DNA of 63,613 nucleotides, filler included, from an uncultured bacterium (GCA_964371695.1; 28 parts of 28 records of this genome joined end to end with filler, not necessarily neighbours in it); one strand, 5' to 3'. Positions 52,874 to 62,558 are shown, counted from the first letter of the whole stretch. The notes: generated by a model from the sequence alone, not told the origin. Program-made: numbers and translations.

Positions 52874-54637
52874 ATGACCACCCAAGGCCCCATTCGCATC
52901 GCCAACTGTTCCGGTTTTTATGGAGACCGCCTGAGCGCCGCCAAAGAGCAGGTGACCGGCGGCGACATAGACGTGCTCACCGGCGACTGGCTGGCCGAGC
53001 TGACCATGCTCATTCTGTTCAAGGACAAAATGACCGACCCCAAGAGGGGTTTTGCCAAGACCTTTCTCAAGCAGATGGAAGACGTGCTGGGAACCTGTCT
53101 GGAAAAAGGCATCAAGGTGCTCACCAACGCCGGGGGGCTGAACCCCAAGGGGCTGGCGGCGGCGCTGGGAGAGGCGGCGGCCAAGCTGGGGATCTCGCCC
53201 AAAATCGCCGTGGTGCTGGGCGATGACGTCACCAGCCAGATTGGCGCGTGGCAAAAAGAGGGCCTGGAACTGAAACACGCCGACACGGGCCTGCCCCTGA
53301 AACAGGCCAAGGGCATGCCGTTGGCGGCCAATGCTTATTTGGGGTGCTGGGGTCTGGTGAAGGCGCTGGAACTGGGGGCGGACGTGGTGATCACCGGCCG
53401 CACCACCGACGCCGCCCTGGTGATGGCCCCCGCCGCATGGCGGTTTGGCTGGTCGCCGACGGATTATTCGCCGCTGTCGGGCGCGCTGGTGGCGGGCCAC
53501 GTGATTGAGTGCGGGGCGCAGGCCACGGGGGGCAATTACAGCTTCTGGCAAGAGGTGCAGAACTATCACAACGTGGGGTTTCCCATTGCCGAGGTCTACG
53601 CCGATGGTTCTTCGGTGATCACCAAACACCCCGGCACCGGCGGCGTGGTGACGGTGGACTCCATCAAGGCGCAGTTGCTTTACGAAATCCAGTCCCTGGA
53701 CTATCACAGCCCCGACTGCCTCGCCCGCCTGGACACCCTGCACGTAGAGCAGGAAGCCCCCGACCGCGTGCGGATAAAAGACATGCAGGGCGGCCCGCCC
53801 ACGGACCTGCTCAAGGTGGGGGTGAATCTGGCGGCGGGTTACCGCAATTCCGCCAAGTTTGTGGTGGGGGGGGCAGACCCTCTGGCCAAAGCCAAACTGC
53901 TGGAAGACGTGTTCTGGCCCCTGGTGGGGGGCAAGCAGAACTTCGCCGAAACCCGCATGGACGTGTTGCAGGCCTTTGTCGAAGACCCGCCCACGCCCAA
54001 CCACAACCTCACGTTTGTCACCTTGGGGGCGCGGGACCTGGACCAGCGCAAGGTGGACCGCATTTTTGGTCAGCGGGCGATTGAACTGGCGCTCTCGACG
54101 CTGCCGGGTTTGTCACTGGGGTCTTTGCCCGAAAAAGCCCAGGCCTGCGGTGTGTTCTTTCCCACCCTGGTGCCCCGTGACAAAATCAGCATGACGGTGG
54201 AAATGGGCGGCGAAACCCATGGGGTGGAACACCCCGTCCGCACGGGCGAGCCGGTGGCCTCGCCCCACCGGGTGCTGGCCCCCTCGCCGGTACCCACGGG
54301 GCGGGTGCGGCGTTTGCCCCTGGGGCGGGTGGCGGGCAGTCGCAGCGGCGACAAGGGCGGCAATGCCAACGTGGGGTTTTGGGTGCGCAAGGCCGAGCAC
54401 TATCCCTGGCTGCGTAATCTGCTCACGGTGGAGCAGATGAAAAAGTGGCTTGCCCCCAGCGGTTTTACGGGCGAAATCGAACGTTACGAACTGCCCAACC
54501 TGTGGGCGCTCAACTTCATCCTCAAGGGATATCTGGGTGATGGGGTGGGGGCGTCTCTTGCGCCAGACCCCCAGGCCAAATGCCTGGGTGAGTTCTTCAG
54601 GGCCAAAATGGTGGATGTGGATGAGGTGCTGCTTTAA
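52874..54637 (+). CDS. acyclic terpene utilization AtuA/DUF1446 family protein
   Basis: IANCSGFYGDR, DWLAELTM, GHVIECGAQATGGN, RSGDKGGNANVG. Confidence 0.92.
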   Translation: MTTQGPIRIANCSGFYGDRLSAAKEQVTGGDIDVLTGDWLAELTMLILFKDKMTDPKRGFAKTFLKQMEDVLGTCLEKGIKVLTNAGGLNPKGLAAALGEAAAKLGISPKIAVVLGDDVTSQIGAWQKEGLELKHADTGLPLKQAKGMPLAANAYLGCWGLVKALELGADVVITGRTTDAALVMAPAAWRFGWSPTDYSPLSGALVAGHVIECGAQATGGNYSFWQEVQNYHNVGFPIAEVYADGSSVITKHPGTGGVVTVDSIKAQLLYEIQSLDYHSPDCLARLDTLHVEQEAPDRVRIKDMQGGPPTDLLKVGVNLAAGYRNSAKFVVGGADPLAKAKLLEDVFWPLVGGKQNFAETRMDVLQAFVEDPPTPNHNLTFVTLGARDLDQRKVDRIFGQRAIELALSTLPGLSLGSLPEKAQACGVFFPTLVPRDKISMTVEMGGETHGVEHPVRTGEPVASPHRVLAPSPVPTGRVRRLPLGRVAGSRSGDKGGNANVGFWVRKAEHYPWLRNLLTVEQMKKWLAPSGFTGEIERYELPNLWALNFILKGYLGDGVGASLAPDPQAKCLGEFFRAKMVDVDEVLL

Positions 54638-54928
54638 AGCGTTTTCTGACTTGGGAGAGCACAAATCCGGGCCGGATGCCGGACAGGCTACTCCCTCTCC
54701 CCTTGAGGGAGAGGGTTGGGGAGAGGGGCTTATCGAAAAACAAAAAAACCGAACAAGGTTTTTGTTTTCTTGCTTGAACCCCGGCTGTTTCGCGCTTCGC
54801 GCTCAGGCGGGTGAGGACACCCGCCCTANNNNNNNNNNNNNNNNNNNNNNNNNNNNNNNNNNNNNNNNNNNNTTAATTAATTAANNNNNNNNNNNNNNNN
54901 NNNNNNNNNNNNNNNNNNNNNNNNNNNN

Positions 54929-55191
54929 ACCAGGCAAAAATCCAGGCCCTGCTCCGCCAGTGTTTCCAGGCGTTTTTCCAGCGGAAAAATCAGGGGCACG
55001 GGCTGGCCGGTGAGCACCTCTTTGGGGTGGGGGAAAAACGTGACGGCCCCCAGGGGGCGATCCCCGGCGGTGGTCTTGAGCTGACGGAAAACCTCTTGAT
55101 GCCCCAGGTGCAGGCCATCGAACACGCCGATGGTGACGGCGGAAGGCGGGCCGGGCCAGACATCGTCAGAAGGCCAGTGGAGGATTTGCAT
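54929..55191 (-). CDS. ribF: riboflavin kinase/FAD synthetase, N-terminal part
   Basis: AVTIGVFDGLHLGHQ, TFFPHP; follows truB. Confidence 0.93.
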
Positions 55192-55294
55192 TAAGTCAGC
55201 ACCCTGAGTTTGTTTTGGTTGTTGCGCGACGGGGGCGTCGCGCCTACTCCCAAAAGGGATGACAACACGCGATTTCGCTTCAATCCTGCCCACA

Positions 55295-56179
55295 TTACCC
55301 CAGCACCCTATCCACATGCAGGCCGCTGGGCAAGACAACCCCCAGGCCCACCACCTCGTCTTCAAACAGCACCACCACCCGCACACCAGGGGCGGGTGCA
55401 TCGCTGCCAGAAAACTGGTCTGGTGATAGTTTTTGCCCCAGACGGGCCTTGCGCCAGCCTTCGGCGCTCAGTGTCACCATGGGCTGTCCCGGCGCGGCCC
55501 TGTCCAGGGGTTGCAGTGGTGTGGCGGGTGTGACGTCTTCGGGCAAAAGCGCCATGGAGAGATCAAAAGGGCCCACGGCGGTGCGCCTGAGGGCGGCAAG
55601 CACCACCGGCTGGCCCCAGTGCAGGCCCAGCAGTTCGGCAAAAGACCGGATGTAGGTGCCCCGGCTGACGGTGAGCGACAGGGAGAGGGTGTCCGGTGTC
55701 TGATCCAGCAGCGTGACTTGGCTCACCTGAATGGGCCGTGGGGCGCGGGGCACTTCCAGCCCCCGGCGGGCCAGGTCATAGAGCCGCTCCCCGCCCTGCT
55801 TGAGCGCGCTGACCATGGGGGGGATCTGTGTGGTCTGGCTGGCCAACAGGAGGGTGGCGGACTGGACTTCATCTGGCGTCAAAGGCCGGGGGGCTTGTTG
55901 GGCCAGCACCTTGCCGGTGATGTCCAGCGAGTCGGTGGACAGCCCCAACTGAAAACGGGCCTCGTAGGTTTTTGGCAACGCCATCACCAGCTCGGTGAGG
56001 CGCGTGGCCCCGCCCACGGCCATCACCAGCACCCCTTCGGCGAAGGGGTCCAGCGTGCCAGTGTGACCCGCTTTTTTCACCCCCAGCCCCCGCCGCGCCA
56101 CTGCCAGCGCCCGTGCGCTGCTGGGGCCGGGGGGTTTGTTCAACACCAGAAAACCGCTGGGGGGTGAGGGCGTGACCAT
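55295..56179 (-). CDS. truB: tRNA pseudouridine(55) synthase
   Basis: KAGHTGTLDPFAEGVL, PPMVSALK, SRGTYIRS. Confidence 0.95.
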   Translation of the reverse strand: MVTPSPPSGFLVLNKPPGPSSARALAVARRGLGVKKAGHTGTLDPFAEGVLVMAVGGATRLTELVMALPKTYEARFQLGLSTDSLDITGKVLAQQAPRPLTPDEVQSATLLLASQTTQIPPMVSALKQGGERLYDLARRGLEVPRAPRPIQVSQVTLLDQTPDTLSLSLTVSRGTYIRSFAELLGLHWGQPVVLAALRRTAVGPFDLSMALLPEDVTPATPLQPLDRAAPGQPMVTLSAEGWRKARLGQKLSPDQFSGSDAPAPGVRVVVLFEDEVVGLGVVLPSGLHVDRVLG

Positions 56180-56207
56180 GCCGCACCAGTATTGGTGATG
56201 CGCCCAG

Positions 56208-56733
56208 GTCATTCCCGCGAAAGCGGGGATTCAGTCAAACATGAAAAACCGGTTTAAGTGGCACGGCACTCCTGTCCGTTGCTGTCAGGTTTGTGAGAAA
56301 AATTGCAAATCATCAAGGATTTTTTGTAGTAGCCCCGGCGTCCCGCCGGGAGGGTCAAACGCGCCGTAGGCGCACACCATTCAGATTTCTCTTCGTATTT
56401 CACTTAAAACCCCTGACAAAACTCCCTCCGTGGAGTTTTGTTATCGCCGAGACGGGGAATGAATCCCCGTCTCGAGCGCGAAACCCTACAGGTTTTTAAT
56501 CCTCCGGGTTTCGGATGCGGACCATCCAGGTCCGCAGATCCCCCAACAAAACCAGTTTTGTTAGGGGCTTTTAAAAACCCCTGTTTGGTGACGCCTTCGG
56601 CGTTTTATTGCTCCCGGCGGGACGCCGGGGCTACAAATAAACCTGACAGCAATGGACTGTCCGTGCCACTGAAAAAAAGAACAAAGTGTGATGTTCATGT
56701 TTCAACTGGTTTCCCGCTTTCGTGGGAATGACG
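56208..56733. repeat. nested multi-family inverted-repeat block (BIME/REPIN-like)
   Basis: five concentric inverted pairs (see findings). Confidence 0.8.
56404..56574. mobile_element. ~170-bp MITE-like core with TIRs AAAACCCCTGACAAAACT / AGTTTTGTTAGGGGCTTTT
   Basis: imperfect 18-19 bp TIRs, TTAA at both ends, internal hairpins. Confidence 0.6.
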
Positions 56734-56773
56734 GCGGGGCAGAGCCGGTTGAATTTCTATTCCCCTACGGGTA

Positions 56774-56838
56774 GTAGGGCCGGTGGGATTCGCCCTTCTT
56801 GCTGGCGGCGTCGTGCCGCCAGCAGCCGGGCAGCCTCG
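56774..56838 (+). repeat. GCTGGCGGC..GCCGCCAGC hairpin repeat family; also 56977-57031 and, in opposite orientation, 58151-58209 and 58948-59000
   Basis: four copies about 55-65 nt long on two contigs. Confidence 0.8.
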
Positions 56839-57131
56839 CCAGCTCTCGGCGCATCCTGCGCCTCGGTGTGCACCGCACACCCGCTGGCTCGGTTCTCATC
56901 CCCACCGGCCAGATCGGCTGAGTGTAAGAGGCATTTTGATAAGCTGCGTTTTCAGCCTTCGATTCCCCCCCGGGTGGTAGGGCCGGTGGGATTCGCCCTT
57001 CTTGCTGGCGGCGTCGTGCCGCCAGCAGCCGNNNNNNNNNNNNNNNNNNNNNNNNNNNNNNNNNNNNNNNNNNNNTTAATTAATTAANNNNNNNNNNNNN
57101 NNNNNNNNNNNNNNNNNNNNNNNNNNNNNNN

Positions 57132-57508
57132 TTGTGAACGCCCGTCACCCGCTCATGCGCCGCACGGCGGCCTGGGTGACGGGGGCGCGGAACCCTTTTC
57201 ACACGGCGGGGGAGTTCCGGGGCGAAGGCAACATCCACGGCGGCGGGGCGTGGACAATGGGGCTGGCGGCGCGGGTGTTGTCTGGCTTGGACGCCGCCCA
57301 TGGCCGACGCGCCCTGCTGGGGGCCGTCATGGATGGCGGTGATGCCTGCGAGGCGGTGGACCCCCACACCGGCGGTTGCCACAGCGGCGCGGCCATGGCC
57401 AGCGCGGCGGCTTTCATCACACAGGCGTTTTATGCTGACCGGGGCGGGTGCGCCACCCGCCCGGCAGTGGTTCAAGGAGGAACAACATGCCCATCAAGAA
57501 AATCATGA
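57132..57508 (+). CDS. C-terminal fragment of a probable (alpha/alpha)6 glycoside hydrolase, GH125-like
   Basis: NPF..G...G.H...W.MGL..., CEAVDP..G resembles the GH125 C-terminus. Confidence 0.4.
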
Positions 57509-57942
57509 CCAAAGAGGTGATCAGTTTTGAGCCTCAAATGAGCCTGGAAGACGTGTTCGCCATCATGTATCGCAACCGCATCAGCGGCGGGCCGGTGGTG
57601 GATGAAAACGGCGACATGGTGGGTGTGATTTCTGACGCAGACCTGATTCGCGCCATGGCCCCCAACCTGTTCAAGGTCATGACACTGCAAAGCCACGCTG
57701 AAGACAAAGAACTGATGCGCGAAATCCAGAAACGCCTCAAACGCACGCTGGTGAAAGACGTGATGTCGCCCCATGTGGAAAAAGTGGTGGAGGCGGAGTC
57801 CATCGTGAAGGTGGCGGCCATCATGGCCAGCAAAAACCTCAAGCACATGCCCGTGATGAAAGAGGGCACCGCCCAGGTGGCGGGCTGGGTGTCGCGGCGC
57901 GACCTGCTGCGCTCCATGTTCAGCCGCCTGGGTTTGAGCTGA
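57487..57942 (+). CDS. CBS domain pair protein
   Basis: AAGGAGG RBS; ISGGPVVDENGDMVGVISDADL, VKDVMS. Confidence 0.9.
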   Translation: MPIKKIMTKEVISFEPQMSLEDVFAIMYRNRISGGPVVDENGDMVGVISDADLIRAMAPNLFKVMTLQSHAEDKELMREIQKRLKRTLVKDVMSPHVEKVVEAESIVKVAAIMASKNLKHMPVMKEGTAQVAGWVSRRDLLRSMFSRLGLS

Positions 57943-57991
57943 CAGGCCCCGCCGGGCCAAATGCGGGAAAACCGGCTAAAGTAATGCTGTC

Positions 57992-58065
57992 GGGCGGTTA
58001 GCTCAGTTGGTTAGAGCGCATGGTTTACACCCATGAGGTCGGGGGTTCGAAGCCCACACCGCCCA
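57992..58065 (+). tRNA. tRNA-Val(TAC), CCA not encoded
   Basis: GGGCGGT/ACCGCCC acceptor stem, GCTC/GAGC D-stem, CATGG-TTTACAC-CCATG anticodon arm, GGTTCGA T-loop. Confidence 0.95.
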
Positions 58066-58387
58066 CAAGGTCAATATCGTTAGGGCGGGGGGGGTTAGAA
58101 CCGAGGCCGCCAGTCCCAAGGACCGCCCCACTGGTTGTGGCGAGAGCGGCCGAGGCTGCCCGGCTGCTGGCGGCACGATGCCGCCAGCAAGAAGGGCGAA
58201 GCCCTCACCCCCCACCCAGGGTGGCGGTGAGGGTTTCGGAGGGAAAAGCCGACCCCCGGTGGGGGCCGAGGCGCGGGATGCGCCGAGAGGTTTTTCCCCT
58301 GCCCGGCTGCCTGAAATGAAAAATGGTTTGCCCACTCCCTCTCCCCTTTATGGGGAGAGGGTTGGGGTGAGGGGTCAAACAAAAAGC

Positions 58388-58756
58388 CTATAAACCCTCT
58401 TCTCTTTCTTTCACAACGGCCAGCAACGCCTCCACCACCCCAGGCAGGTTTTGAAGCACCTCCAGGTTGGTGTATCGAAAAACAGCGACGCCCTTGGACT
58501 GCAAAAAAGCCGTCCGTGCCTTGTCCCGCAAAAGCCCTTCGGCCTCCAGGTGTTGGCCCCCATCCACTTCCACCGCAAGGCGCAACGCCGGGCAATAAAA
58601 ATCCAAGACGTATGGTCCAAGCGTGAATTGCCGCCGGAATTTGTGTTGATCCAGTTTCCGGTTTCTCAGGGCGCTCCACAACTTGCCCTCGGCGTCTGTG
58701 CTGGCTTGGCGCAGAGTCCTTGAAAAAGCAATTTTCTCCGCTTCTCTTTCAGGCAC
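58388..58756 (-). CDS. DUF559 (Vsr-like, very-short-patch-repair-type) endonuclease
   Basis: LRQASTDAEGKLWSALR...KFRRQ...YVLDFYC..LAVEVDGGQH....RD..RTAFL..G..VFRYTN. Confidence 0.92.
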   Translation of the reverse strand: MPEREAEKIAFSRTLRQASTDAEGKLWSALRNRKLDQHKFRRQFTLGPYVLDFYCPALRLAVEVDGGQHLEAEGLLRDKARTAFLQSKGVAVFRYTNLEVLQNLPGVVEALLAVVKEREEGL

Positions 58757-59515
58757 ACGAAAAGTTTAGTGCGGGCGCGGTGTTTGCGACAAAGGTGGGG
58801 CTGCGCCCGCTTGTTGCCTACCCCTCACCCCAACCCTCTCCCCAGTAGGGGAGAGGAGGCTGATTCAACCCATCTTCACCGCCCCTTCACCTCCACTGGG
58901 GAGTGGGCGTCGCAAAGCGCGTCGCGGCATGATGCACGGGTTGTCCACGAGGCTGCCCGGGCGGCACAATGCCGCCAGCGAGAAGGGCGAAGCCCTCACC
59001 GCTCACCGAAGGTGGACGATTTCGAGTGATAAACAATGGTGCATCACGCCTCTCCCCTTTATGGGGAGAGGGCGGCGCGTAGCGCCGGGTGAGGGGTTAA
59101 ACATGAGCAAAAAATCAAAAAAGTTGTTTTTTGCTTTTGAATAAACCCCGGCAGTTTCGCGCTTCGCGCTCAGGCAGGCGAGACGCCCGCCCTACTCCGT
59201 CGTGCCGCTGGGCGCGCCCGGCAGCATNNNNNNNNNNNNNNNNNNNNNNNNNNNNNNNNNNNNNNNNNNNNTTAATTAATTAANNNNNNNNNNNNNNNNN
59301 NNNNNNNNNNNNNNNNNNNNNNNNNNNTCTTACTGGATTCCCGCTTTCGCGAGAATGACGGCGGAGTTCTCCCTGTTTTTGCTGATATTGCCGCTTGACC
59401 CCTCCCAAGCCAAAAAAATGTGGGTCATGACAGGCCCCTTTATGGCGAGAGGGTGCCGCAGCGCGCCGGGTGAGGGGTTGAAGCAAAAACCCGGCACTGT
59501 CGAAAGGTGTCCGCC

Positions 59516-60388
59516 ATGACGCCCTGGGGACTGGCGGCCCTGCCCCACGGCGTGCTCTCGGTGCGCACCGAAGACCACGCGGGGCTGCTGGCAAGCTGGC
59601 TGGCGGCCCGTCTTCACCCGCTGGACACTCCCCCCCACCACACCGCCGACTTCATCACGCTGGACCTGAGCCTGCGGGGCGAGGACGTGTTGCACGAGTG
59701 GGCGGGCCTGCCGCCGCCGCCCGCCCGGCCGGGGCGCGTGGGGGTGCAGCACCACGCCAAACAACAAACCACCGTGGTGAACTACGGCGGCAAAATGACC
59801 GTGGCGCTCTCGCCGGGCCGGGGGTTGATCTGTCTGTCTCCGCTTCAGGGTTTTTCGCCAGATGAAAAAAAACTCCTCATGGCCCACCGCCTGCTGAGCC
59901 AGGGCCTGGGTGATTTTCTGGCGCTGCTTAAGCCTGCCGCCCTGGGCTGGTGGCACGGCGCGGCGGTGGTGGCAGACCACGCCGCCCACGTGCTGCTGGG
60001 GCCAAGCGGCGCGGGCAAGAGCACCACGGCGTTGTTGTTGCAATCCGCTGGTTGCCCCGTGCTGGCCGACGACATGACCCCCATCGATTTGATGCAGCAC
60101 ACCGTGTGCCCCAGCCCGGAGCCAGTGGTCACCGCCCGCGCACCGGCCCCCCTGGCGGCCTTTTGGGTGTTGCGGAAAGGCGATGCACTGGCGGCGGAGC
60201 GGCTTCACGGCGCGACGGTTTTTCAGACCCTGCGCACCCATCGCTGGGGAGAAGCCGTGTTGCCGGGGGCCGTGCAACTGGACACCCTGGCGGCACTGTC
60301 CCCCGTGCCGGTTTATCAGCTCACCCTGCCGCCGCTGGAACAACTGGATGCCCAGGCGCTGGCAGCGCTTCTGAGAGTCTGTTTATAA
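59516..60388 (+). CDS. HPr kinase-related P-loop protein
   Basis: HGAAV...LLGPSGAGKST...VLADD. Confidence 0.75.
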   Translation: MTPWGLAALPHGVLSVRTEDHAGLLASWLAARLHPLDTPPHHTADFITLDLSLRGEDVLHEWAGLPPPPARPGRVGVQHHAKQQTTVVNYGGKMTVALSPGRGLICLSPLQGFSPDEKKLLMAHRLLSQGLGDFLALLKPAALGWWHGAAVVADHAAHVLLGPSGAGKSTTALLLQSAGCPVLADDMTPIDLMQHTVCPSPEPVVTARAPAPLAAFWVLRKGDALAAERLHGATVFQTLRTHRWGEAVLPGAVQLDTLAALSPVPVYQLTLPPLEQLDAQALAALLRVCL

Positions 60389-60614
60389 AGTCCGTCCTGG
60401 ACTTTATAAACCCAACGCCTTCAGGGGCAAAGCCCCTTCGGCGTGGCGAAAACCTGCGCTTTTTCAAAGCTCCGGCTTTCGGATGCGGGCGCTATCGCCT
60501 TTGCTCGGCCAGATGCCCCAATGGGCATCTGGAAAGACTCCTCGCAAACTCATGCCCGCAAGAGCCTGTTTCTATTCCACCATGTTCCACATGGCGCAAA
60601 TTAGAAACAGGCTC
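60375..60614 (+). mobile_element. MITE-like element (copy of 16420-16602 with an extra internal hairpin repeat)
   Basis: GAGTCTGTTTATAAA..AAACAGGCTC ends; contains the TAA stop of the upstream gene. Confidence 0.75.
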
Positions 60615-60636
60615 TGAACCGCTAAACTCCCCCACC

Positions 60637-61421
60637 ATGGAATATTTTGAAATCGAGGGCGGCCAGCCCCTAAGTGGAACCATCGCCATTGACGGCAGCA
60701 AAAACGCCGCGTTGCCCATCATGGCCGCCTGCCTGCTGAGTGAGCACCCCGTGCATCTCAAGCGTCTGGCCCGGCTGGAAGACATCCGCCACATGGCCCG
60801 TGTGCTGGAACACCTGGGGGCCACGGTGGCGCTGAATCAGGACGAAGCCACCATCACCGCCGGTGAAATCCGCACCTTCGACACCCCCTATGACCTCATG
60901 CGCCGCATGCGCGCCAGCACCTATGTCATGGGGCCGCTGCTGGCCCGTTTTGGCCGGGCCACGGTGGCGTTGCCCGGTGGTTGCGCCATCGGGGCGCGGC
61001 CCATCAACTATCACCTCAAGGGCTTTGAGCAGATGGGCGCAAAAATCGAGCACAGCCATGGCAACGTGTTGCTCAGCGCTCCCAAGGGACTCAAAGGCGC
61101 GCACCTGTCGCTGAACTTTCCCAGCGTGGGGGCCACCGCCAACCTCATGATGGCCGCCACCCTGGCGCGGGGTGTGAGCGTGATTGACAATGCCGCGCAG
61201 GAGCCGCACATCCGCGCCCTGGGGGAGTTTCTGCGCACGCTGGGGGCGGTGATTTCCGGCGAGGGCACCCACCGCATCGAGGTGGAAGGCGTGGACAAAC
61301 TGAACGGCGGAACCTTCACCAACCTGCCTGACCAGATTGTGGCAGGCACCTGGCTGGGGGCGTCGCTCATCACCGGTTGCCCCCTCACGCTGTCGCCGGT
61401 GGTGCACGAAGACCTCCATTG
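60637..61421 (+). CDS. murA: UDP-N-acetylglucosamine 1-carboxyvinyltransferase (3' partial)
   Basis: GSKNAALP, MRAS, LPGGCAIGARP, SVGATANL. Confidence 0.97.
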
Positions 61422-61521
61422 NNNNNNNNNNNNNNNNNNNNNNNNNNNNNNNNNNNNNNNNNNNNTTAATTAATTAANNNNNNNNNNNNNNNNNNNNNNN
61501 NNNNNNNNNNNNNNNNNNNNN

Positions 61522-62425
61522 GACGCGGCTGATGCTGGTGGTGGAACTGCTGGCCCAGGCGGTGGCCCAGACCAAACACTGGCGTCTGGCGGTGTATCAG
61601 GAAGACTGCACCCCCGGCGGCCCGCAAGAGGCCGTGCGCCCGCTGCTGCGTCAACTGCTCGCCCCTCTGGGCACACGGGGTATGGTGAGCCTGGGGGCCG
61701 ATGAAATGGCCTTTGAAGGCCTGGGTGTGCTGGCGCGGCATTTCTTCGGCGGCGTGCCCAAAACCGTGCGGGTGCTCTGGAGCCACGAAGGGGCCGAAAA
61801 CATTGTGCCGCCCTTTGAAGACCAACCCCTGGGTGAAACCCTGAAAACCAAGATGGCTTTTCTGGGTCTTTCGGCAGATGAAAAGGCCACCGATGCGCTC
61901 TATCTGCTGGCCCACCCCAAACCGCTGGACGCCATGGCGGGCATCCGTCACTGGCCCAAACGGCCCGACTGGCCCGAAGCCGAAACAGGAATCCGGCGCT
62001 GGTTTATCGCGGACATGTTTGCCGCCAACGGCGGGCATCCCAGCCTGATGCGTCCGCTGCAACGCCTGATGATGGCGGACGCGCTGGGCAGTTACTGCGG
62101 ATTTAACACCGCCAGCAACAGCCTGGGCATTTGCCTGGGCCTGGGGCTGTGGGGCGTGGGAGACCCGCAAGGCCTGCTGGTGAGCCTGAACTGGCGGATA
62201 TTGGAGGACATCGGTTATTACTCGGTGGTGCGGCCCCGTGCGGTGCAGGAGGCCCAGGCGCGGGATGCGTTCATCTGGCGGCTGGGGGCGCACAAAAAAG
62301 CCATGACGATGTTCATCAACCGGGAACTGGAAAAATGGACAGCGCGCACCTGCCTGGCTCCTCTGCCGGTGGAACTGCCCTGGGGCAGGCTGTTTGAAAT
62401 CGGCCCGGAAGGCTGGGAAAAATAA
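61522..62425 (+). CDS. DUF4127-like protein (5' partial)
   Basis: GADE, ADMFAANGG, YCGFNTASNSLG, RILEDIGY..VVRP, LPWGRLFEI. Confidence 0.7.
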
Positions 62426-62558
62426 CCCCAGGCTGGCGTCATTCCCGCGAAAGCGGCAGTCCAGTTGAAACATAAACGGATCGCCTTTTTCAGTTTTCTT
62501 TCAGTGGGGTGGGCGTCCATGCCCGCAAGCGGCGGATTGCCGGTAAAATAAGCATCCC

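Noticed and set aside
56208-59227. CRISPR array or integrated element after tRNA-Val
   Set aside because: Repeats vary in family, orientation and spacing; there are no regular spacers, cas genes, integrase or duplicated tRNA 3' end. The span also crosses a linker.
2233-61521. Regularly spaced TTAATTAATTAA motif as a repeat array
   Set aside because: Artificial linker embedded in N runs between contigs.
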